From Candidatus Thorarchaeota archaeon (GTDB taxonomy: Archaea; Asgardarchaeota; Thorarchaeia; Thorarchaeales; Thorarchaeaceae): DNA of 64,000 nt. Positions 19,112 to 25,727 of the stretch are shown here, in pieces. The stretch spans positions 32,001 through 96,000 of the forward strand of contig DXJO01000006.1 in the NCBI GenBank assembly GCA_019057475.1, read 5' to 3'. Each line of letters starts with the position of its first letter. Position 1 is the stretch's first letter. The notes beneath the pieces are model-generated. The model did no database searches and had not been told where the DNA came from. It saw only the letters and a list, made by a program, of their open reading frames with translations. Both the position numbers and the translations under genes were made by a program.

Positions 19112-20448
19112 CTGTTGCAGGGGAAAAGATAGTTGTCGAGGATAGGAAATCTACTGATACTGCCTTAGTAATCGGTGGCGGTGTTTCTGGCATGCAAGCT
19201 GCTCTCGACATTGCCGACCAAGGCTACTCTGTGGTGCTAGTCGAAAGAACACCATCCATTGGTGGGGTCATGGCCATGCTGGATAAGACATTCCCCACAC
19301 TTGATTGTTCGGCATGCATCCTTACGCCCAAGCTGTCTGAGGTTGCTCGGCACCCGAACATCGAGCTCATGACCTACTCTGAAGTCAAGAGCATCACCGG
19401 AACTGCAGGCAACTTTAGAGTCAGCGTTCTTCGGAAAGCACGTAAGGTCCTCGAAGACAAGTGTTCCGGATGTGGGGATTGTGTTCCACACTGCCCAATA
19501 GAAGTGCGAAATGAGTTTGACCAAGGCCTGGGCTACCGCAAGGCGGTGTACATTGGGTTCCCACAGAACACACCCCTCGTCTATACTATTGATTCTGAGA
19601 ACTGTATCAAATGTGGTATGTGTGTCAAGTCATGTGAACGAGAGGCCATCGACCTTGACTTGGAGGATGAGGAGATTGAGATATCCGTTGGTGCCATCGT
19701 GGTGGCAACCGGATATGAGCTCTACAACGTAGCCAATTACAGGCGCTTTGGCTATGGTCGTTTCAAGAATGTGATAAACGCACTCGAGTTCGAGCGCCTC
19801 ATCAATGCCGCTGGACCAACGGCTGGGAATCTCATGAGGCTTAGCGATGGGAAGATTCCAAAGAGCATTGGGTTCATCCAATGTGTTGGGGCACGCGACG
19901 CGACGAAGGACGTACCATATTGCTCGCGAGTATGTTGCATGTACGGTATCAAGAATGCGGTCATGGCCAAAGAGCTCCAACACGAGAACGTGAAGAAGGT
20001 GACCATATACTCGATCGACATTCGAGCGTTCGGCAAGGGTTTTGAGGAATTCTACAACATGGCCAAGGATCGATTTGGCATTAAGTTCATCCGAGGAAGA
20101 GTAGGAGAGGTGTCGGAGAACTCACGGAACAAGAACATCATTGTGCGTGCCGAAGACACGACAACAGGGAAGTTCTTGGAGCAGGAACACGAACTAGTAG
20201 TGCTCTGCCCCGGAATCCTGCCTCCCAAAGGTCTGCGGGATACTGCGAATCAGCTGGGGCTCCAGCTTGACTCAGATGGCTTCATTCACGTGGAACAACC
20301 AGCGAGCAACCCTGTGGACACGGCGGTTTCTGGAGTCTACATATGCGGATGTGTTGAGGGTCCGAAAGACATTCCAGACTCCGTAGCAGCAGGAAGCGCG
20401 GCCGCGATGCGCGCAAGCATCACGTTATGGAGGGAAGGTGAGCACTAA
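19108..20448 (+). CDS. hdrA: HdrA-family subunit lacking N-terminal domain and C-terminal ferredoxin
   Basis: GGGVSG, FPTLDCSACIL, inserted 2x[4Fe-4S], QCVGAR..YCSRVCC, GPKDIPDSV. Confidence 0.85.
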   Translation: MTVAGEKIVVEDRKSTDTALVIGGGVSGMQAALDIADQGYSVVLVERTPSIGGVMAMLDKTFPTLDCSACILTPKLSEVARHPNIELMTYSEVKSITGTAGNFRVSVLRKARKVLEDKCSGCGDCVPHCPIEVRNEFDQGLGYRKAVYIGFPQNTPLVYTIDSENCIKCGMCVKSCEREAIDLDLEDEEIEISVGAIVVATGYELYNVANYRRFGYGRFKNVINALEFERLINAAGPTAGNLMRLSDGKIPKSIGFIQCVGARDATKDVPYCSRVCCMYGIKNAVMAKELQHENVKKVTIYSIDIRAFGKGFEEFYNMAKDRFGIKFIRGRVGEVSENSRNKNIIVRAEDTTTGKFLEQEHELVVLCPGILPPKGLRDTANQLGLQLDSDGFIHVEQPASNPVDTAVSGVYICGCVEGPKDIPDSVAAGSAAAMRASITLWREGEH

Positions 20449-22196
20449 TGGCTACAGAGGAAGTTCCAAGGATTGGCGTATTCGTATGTCATTGTGGACA
20501 TAACATTGCTGGGACTGTAGATGTTGAGCGCGTGGCGGAGATTGCCGCCCACTACCCGAATGTTGAGTTCGCTACACATTTCATGTTCATGTGCAGTGAC
20601 TCCGGACAACAGCTGATTCGCGACAAGATCGAGGAGTTTAGTCTAAATAGGGTCGTAGTTGCCAGTTGCTCTCCCCGGATGCACGAGCCAACGTTTCGAA
20701 GGGTGGTCGAAGAGGCTGATGTCAACAGATACTGCTTCGAACAGGTGAACCTGAGAGAGCACGTGTCTTGGTGCCATATGAGGGAGCCTGAGGCAGCTAC
20801 CGAGAAAGCGATAGATCTTATTCGGATGTCTGTTGCTAGGGCCGCCCTTCTCGTGCCACTCGAGGTTAAGACTGTGAGTGTAGAACCACATACTCTGGTC
20901 GTTGGCGGCGGGGTTGCTGGATTGAGGGCGGCAATCGACATTGACAGCCGCGGCTTCAAGGTCACTCTCGTGGAACGAGAGCCTGAACTCGGTGGGAATC
21001 TAGCAAAGCTCTCTACTCTCTATCAGGGCAATGAGAAAGCCAGTGATGTCATCGAACGTATGGTACTGGCGGCCCGAATTAGCGAGAACCTGACCATAAT
21101 GACTGATTCGGAAGTGGTTGACGTCGAAGGCTATATTGGCAATTTTGATGTGACTGTCAAGAACAATGCCACCGACAAGACAGAGAAGCTCCGGGTTGGA
21201 GCTATAATAGTTGCTACAGGCTTTCAGTCATGGGTGCCTGAAGGAATCCCTCCGTACGGAATGAGTCTGGATGTCATCACGTTGGCCCAGCTAGAGGAGA
21301 TGAAGCGGGATGACAAGTTATTATGTCCAAGTACCGGCAAGCCTCCCAAGAAGGTCATGTTTATCGGATGTGTTGGTTCTCGTCAACCGGGAGTGCAAGG
21401 GCATGAACACTGTTCCAGGTACTGTTGTACTGCCATGGTGAAGGCAGCTGCTGACATAACTGAGATTACTGACGAAGTTCTGATACTCTATGATGATATC
21501 CGTACATTCGGGAAGGGCCACGAGGAGGTCCACCGTTCTGCCCACGAGAAGTTTGTAATGTTCTCCAAGTTTGATCGCACCAAGCCTGCCAAGACAACAG
21601 TAGCTGACGGTGCTTTGAGTGTGAAATGGAGAGATATCTTGGCTGGCGATAATCTTGAGTTCCATCCGGACCTCTTGGTATTGGTTACAGCTATGATTCC
21701 CCCGGAAGGTGTAGAGAAAGTGTCCCAGCTGTTCAGCCTCACACGCTCGGCAGATGGCTTCTTCAATGAGGAACACATCAAGCTGGCTCCTTTAACTACT
21801 CACACCGCAGGTGTGATGATTGCAGGAGCTGCCCAATCTGCAAAGGATTCTACTGACAGCACTACGCAAGCGAGCGGAGCTGCCGCGAAAGCGGCTTCAT
21901 TGATGGCCCGGGGAGAAGTGGAGATTGAATCCACCGTTGCTCATGTGCTAGAAGAGCTGTGTTCCAGCTGTCACACATGCGCCACTGCTTGTCCATACGG
22001 TGCTATCTCCTTTGACACCTCAAAGAAACCGGAGATAGCCGTGGTGACAGAGGCAGAATGTCACGGATGTGGGACCTGCGCAGCAGGGTGTCCAAGCAGT
22101 GCCATTATTATGCGGCATTCGACTGATGAACAAATCACTGCAATGGTTGAAGCGTTTCTCATGCCTCCACCAGTGATGGGGGGTGGTGATTCATGA
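20448..22196 (+). CDS. hdrA: HdrA-family subunit lacking inserted ferredoxin and DCxxC motif
   Basis: IGVFVCHCG, ASCSPRMHE, GGGVAG, GCVGSR..HCSRYCC, C-terminal CSSCHTC/CHGCGTC. Confidence 0.85.
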   Translation: MATEEVPRIGVFVCHCGHNIAGTVDVERVAEIAAHYPNVEFATHFMFMCSDSGQQLIRDKIEEFSLNRVVVASCSPRMHEPTFRRVVEEADVNRYCFEQVNLREHVSWCHMREPEAATEKAIDLIRMSVARAALLVPLEVKTVSVEPHTLVVGGGVAGLRAAIDIDSRGFKVTLVEREPELGGNLAKLSTLYQGNEKASDVIERMVLAARISENLTIMTDSEVVDVEGYIGNFDVTVKNNATDKTEKLRVGAIIVATGFQSWVPEGIPPYGMSLDVITLAQLEEMKRDDKLLCPSTGKPPKKVMFIGCVGSRQPGVQGHEHCSRYCCTAMVKAAADITEITDEVLILYDDIRTFGKGHEEVHRSAHEKFVMFSKFDRTKPAKTTVADGALSVKWRDILAGDNLEFHPDLLVLVTAMIPPEGVEKVSQLFSLTRSADGFFNEEHIKLAPLTTHTAGVMIAGAAQSAKDSTDSTTQASGAAAKAASLMARGEVEIESTVAHVLEELCSSCHTCATACPYGAISFDTSKKPEIAVVTEAECHGCGTCAAGCPSSAIIMRHSTDEQITAMVEAFLMPPPVMGGGDS

Positions 22197-22627
22197 CTGC
22201 CACTGTCACAATTTCTAAAGAGTGGATACCTAGGATTGCAGCCTTTTGCTGCAACTGGTGTTCCTACGCAGGTGCTGACCTAGCTGGCACAAGCAGAATC
22301 CAGTACCCCTCTGCTGTGCGAATAATCAGGGTAAATTGCACTGGTAGGGTCGACCCCGAATTCGTACTAAACGCCCTTGACAAGGGTGCGGATGGAGTAC
22401 TCGTGTCAGGCTGTCATCCAGGGGACTGCCATTACACAAGCGGCAATCTCAAGATGCGGGCACGATGGACGCTACTTCAGATGGCCGTTGAGCAAGCCGG
22501 AATCAACCCCGATAGGATTCGTCTACAGTGGGCCAGCGCTTCAGAGGGACAGAAGTTCGCTGATGGGGTTAGAGAACTCACGGAGAAGGTCAAGAATTTG
22601 GGTCCGTTTAGGAGGGGTTGGCAATGA
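22193..22627 (+). CDS. mvhD: MvhD [2Fe-2S] subunit
   Basis: FCCNWCSYAGADLAG, GCHPGDCHY, WASASEG. Confidence 0.93.
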   Translation: MTATVTISKEWIPRIAAFCCNWCSYAGADLAGTSRIQYPSAVRIIRVNCTGRVDPEFVLNALDKGADGVLVSGCHPGDCHYTSGNLKMRARWTLLQMAVEQAGINPDRIRLQWASASEGQKFADGVRELTEKVKNLGPFRRGWQ

Positions 22628-22971
22628 AAGAGAAATCTACACAGGATAGGATTGAAGCAGCCATTGACGCCTTCGGAAGCGAGCGATTAAGATGGCTTAT
22701 AGGCAAAGGAGACGTTCTAACCCAACGAAACGAGCTGACCGAAGAGAAACTCAAGGAGCTCGTCGACAAAACAGTCCGCGAAGAGATTGACCGGAGTACC
22801 ATTGCCAGGCGGCTTAGAGAGTCGCCTTCAACGATATCAGAGATATCGAAGGCAACGAAGCTGGAAACGGACTACATATTGGAAAATCTCCTCGCCATGA
22901 TGAAGTGGAACCGCGTTGAGATAGTCGATGAGAAGCAGAGAGAATATGTCTATGCTCTGAAGGAGATCTGA
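22624..22971 (+). CDS. Winged-HTH-like small protein coupled to mvhD
   Basis: LRESPSTISEISKATKLETDYILENLLAM HTH-like segment; ATGA overlap with mvhD. Confidence 0.6.
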   Translation: MKEKSTQDRIEAAIDAFGSERLRWLIGKGDVLTQRNELTEEKLKELVDKTVREEIDRSTIARRLRESPSTISEISKATKLETDYILENLLAMMKWNRVEIVDEKQREYVYALKEI

Positions 22972-22973
22972 AC

Positions 22974-23897
22974 GTGACTGAACCAGTTCCTATCGCAATG
23001 GCCCAAGGTAGCTCCTGTTGGGGTTGTTACCAGAGCCTCATTGACATTCACCTTAATCTGGCAACTGTCCTCCCCCTGTTGGACATCAAGTACTGGACGT
23101 GTGTGGCCGACTTCAAGCTCAAGGATTTGGAGGGCTATCCTGACAAATCGATCACGGTCGGCCTGTACGAGGGAATGGCCCGAACAGAGGAGGACATTCA
23201 TCTGCTAAAGCTCATAAGAGCGAAGTGCAAGATACTGATTGCATTTGGCTCATGTTCATGCTTTGGCGGCATTCCTGGAATGGCTAACTTCTCAACGATA
23301 GAGGAGTGCAACGAGGTCAAGTTCCGAAACAACAAGACCGTTAAGGATGGTGAGCTGCCAACAGAGAACCTCCCAGCGATTGCTCCCGTTGTGATACCCA
23401 ACCGAGACATAGTTGACTTTGAAATCTTTTTGCCGGGGTGCCCGCCAACCTCTAGCTTGATTCTCACTGCATTGACTGCTCTGCTTGAAGGCAAACCGAT
23501 TGAGCTACCACCACACACGGTGTGTCACTATTGCGATCGCGAGAAGAAAGAAACCCCGATAGAGAAGATACTGAGACCCTACGAAGGCATAGCAGACCCC
23601 GACCGGTGCCTTCTCGAACAGGGGTATATCTGCCTTGGCTCTGCAACTTGGGGTCTCTGTGAAGGACAGTGTGTCAGCCATGGCGTGACTTGCCGGGGCT
23701 GTTTTGGACCGCCTCCGCCAATCATGGGCGACCAAGGGGCGGCGGCAATATCCATGCTTGGCTCATATGCACCTCTTGAATCGGAAGTCCTTGCTGACAC
23801 GGTCCATGACCCACTTGGTTGCTTCTGGAGGTTCACCTACCCAACAAGCCACCTGGGTGCCATTCGAATAAAGCGAGAGGAGGCAAAGACGAAATGA
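22974..23897 (+). CDS. vhuG: F420-non-reducing [NiFe] hydrogenase small subunit (MvhG/VhuG)
   Basis: SCWGC, FGSCSCFGGIPG, LPGCPP, CHYCDR, CLLEQGYICLG, CRGCFGP. Confidence 0.9.
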   Translation: MTEPVPIAMAQGSSCWGCYQSLIDIHLNLATVLPLLDIKYWTCVADFKLKDLEGYPDKSITVGLYEGMARTEEDIHLLKLIRAKCKILIAFGSCSCFGGIPGMANFSTIEECNEVKFRNNKTVKDGELPTENLPAIAPVVIPNRDIVDFEIFLPGCPPTSSLILTALTALLEGKPIELPPHTVCHYCDREKKETPIEKILRPYEGIADPDRCLLEQGYICLGSATWGLCEGQCVSHGVTCRGCFGPPPPIMGDQGAAAISMLGSYAPLESEVLADTVHDPLGCFWRFTYPTSHLGAIRIKREEAKTK

Positions 23898-25210
23898 CCA
23901 ACGAGAAGATAATCCGCATTGACCCAGTGACACGCCTTGAAGGTCATGGATCGTTGACTATCAAGCTGGGTCCTGGCAACAAGGTCAAGGATGTCCAGTT
24001 CAACGTTAACAGTACACGATTCTTTGAGAAGTTTCTCGAAGGGCGACCAATGGAAGAGGCTCCACGAATCGCTCCGCGGATCTGCGGAATCTGCCCTATC
24101 CCGCATCATCTTGCATCACTGAAAGCCGTGGAGGCCGCCTGGGATGTGACACCTCCACCTGCAGCAATCAAGCTTAGGCGGCTATTGATTGAGGCGAAGC
24201 AGCTCTCATCTCACGCAATTCACTTCTACGCTCTTGCGGCTCCTGATTTTGTCTTTGGACCCTTCGCGAGCCCGGCTGTACGGAACGTTGCTGCTGTTCT
24301 CAAGTATCTCCCTGATGTTGCAGTCCAAGCGATCAAGCTCATGGAGTTCGGTCAGGAACTGTGCGCGACTATTGGGGCCAAGGCAATCCACCCAACAACG
24401 GGCATTCCTGGTGGGATGCTGTACGCTATGAAAGAAGAAGAGCGCGATGATTGGCTCAAGAAGGTCCCTGAGATGCTGGAGAACATCCATAAGACAGTGG
24501 ACCTTGCCAAGACCGTTGTCAACTCATACATCGAGGTGATAACGAAGCTCGCAGTCACTCCAACGTACTACGTTGGTCTGACCAATGATGGAGCTTTTGA
24601 CATCTATGATGGCAAGATTCGCGTGATGGATCCAGATGGCAAGATTGTGAAAGAATTCATGCCTCACGAGTACACAAAGTACTACGGCGAGCACGTTCCT
24701 AAGCACTCCTATGCGACTCACATCTACTACAAACCAGCCGGCTACCCCGAGGGTATTTGGCGAGCGAATACTCTTGCACGATGCAACGTTAACGATAGGA
24801 TGGCCACACCTCTTGCAGACGCGGCCCTGAAGGAGATGAGAGAACTCGTTGGGAGACCCTCGCATCACACGTTTGTATACCACTACGCTCGAATCGTAGA
24901 GATGGTTCAAGCTGCTGAGATGATCAAGACGCTCCTTGAGGATCCCGAGATTGTAAGCACGGACGTGAAGCTTTCTGACGTTGAACCCAAGGCTGGCGAC
25001 GGCGTTGGTGTTGTCGAGGCTCCGCGAGGCATTCTGCTCCACAACTACGAGTCTGATGACAAGGGCATGCTGGTCAAGGCGAATCTCATTGTCGCCACGA
25101 ACAACAATATTGCCGGCATCGAGAAATCATTGATGGTGGCCGCGAAACAAATCTTCGAAGACAAAGTGCTCGAGAAGATTACACTTCCTGAACCCATGGT
25201 GAAAACTTAG
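23894..25210 (+). CDS. vhuA: Group 3c hydrogenase large subunit lacking the C-terminal L2 motif (VhuA)
   Basis: DPVTRLEGH, RICGICP (L1), VEAPRG, LIVAT; ends at TAG without DPCxSCxxH; ATGA overlap with vhuG. Confidence 0.9.
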   Translation: MTNEKIIRIDPVTRLEGHGSLTIKLGPGNKVKDVQFNVNSTRFFEKFLEGRPMEEAPRIAPRICGICPIPHHLASLKAVEAAWDVTPPPAAIKLRRLLIEAKQLSSHAIHFYALAAPDFVFGPFASPAVRNVAAVLKYLPDVAVQAIKLMEFGQELCATIGAKAIHPTTGIPGGMLYAMKEEERDDWLKKVPEMLENIHKTVDLAKTVVNSYIEVITKLAVTPTYYVGLTNDGAFDIYDGKIRVMDPDGKIVKEFMPHEYTKYYGEHVPKHSYATHIYYKPAGYPEGIWRANTLARCNVNDRMATPLADAALKEMRELVGRPSHHTFVYHYARIVEMVQAAEMIKTLLEDPEIVSTDVKLSDVEPKAGDGVGVVEAPRGILLHNYESDDKGMLVKANLIVATNNNIAGIEKSLMVAAKQIFEDKVLEKITLPEPMVKT

Positions 25211-25228
25211 ACAAAAGAATTGATGATC

Positions 25229-25381
25229 ATGACAGAAGAAATACCTGAAGGCGTACTGAACATCATCGAGATGGTTGTTCGGTGCTACGACTGCTGACTA
25301 TCCTGCGGCGCTCATCTCGTCATTATCGACGAAGAGGGCCGCGAACTAGTCAGGAAGGAGCTTCAGACCGGCGGCGGATGA
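25229..25381 (+). CDS. vhuU: Selenocysteine-containing hydrogenase peptide VhuU (TGA=Sec at 25295-25297)
   Basis: MTEEIPEGVLNIIEMVVRCYDC-TGA-LSCGAHLVIIDEEGRELVRKELQTGGG*; supplies the L2 motif missing from vhuA; near-identical second copy. Confidence 0.9.
25305..25342 (+). promoter_or_regulatory. Coding-region stem-loop 7 nt 3' of the Sec UGA (SRE-like)
   Basis: GCGGC/GCCGC, CTC/GAG, TCGTC/GACGA stems with 6-nt loop; stems identical in copy 2. Confidence 0.6.
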
Positions 25382-25419
25382 AGACCCAGAAAAAAGATTG
25401 AAAACTGAGTCTGACCTGC
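25374..25419 (+). ncRNA. Eukaryote-like SECIS element of vhuU copy 1
   Basis: GCGG-ATGA-AGACCCAG-(A-rich loop)-CTGAGTCT-GA-C-CTGC; ATGA core includes the vhuU stop codon. Confidence 0.7.
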
Positions 25420-25727
25420 TCCAGCAGGGGCGGAGTCGGTCTGGCTCCTTCAAACACCAGTCTTGTATGCTCGAACTCCTACACTCCAAAGAAGACAATG
25501 AATGATTTCGGACATTGAATTGTTATTTCGAATCCAGATTCAAAATTCAGAAACATCTTCCTGATTGTCTGTAATCATGCATGAAATCATTGATTGCGTT
25601 TCGTTTCAAATGATGAATCTCGTTTCCGTGACCGAAACCTAACTCAATAGTATTATAATCTCGTTGAGAGGACTCCTCGCTGGCCTCTGGCATGATTGCT
25701 CGCAGAACGGAACGGTGAATTGAGCCA

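Noticed and set aside
25229-25297. vhuU as a pseudogene fragment with a premature stop
   Set aside because: The same TGA sits at the Ni-ligand position in both copies, the downstream frame is conserved, and SECIS-like elements follow
25379-25408. Second Sec at the terminal TGA of vhuU
   Set aside because: Read-through sequences of the two copies are unrelated and of different lengths
25692-25727. In-frame ATG...TGA upstream of the 914-aa hdrA as a Sec extension
   Set aside because: The TGA is part of the GGTGA RBS and the upstream peptide has no similarity to the HdrA N-domain
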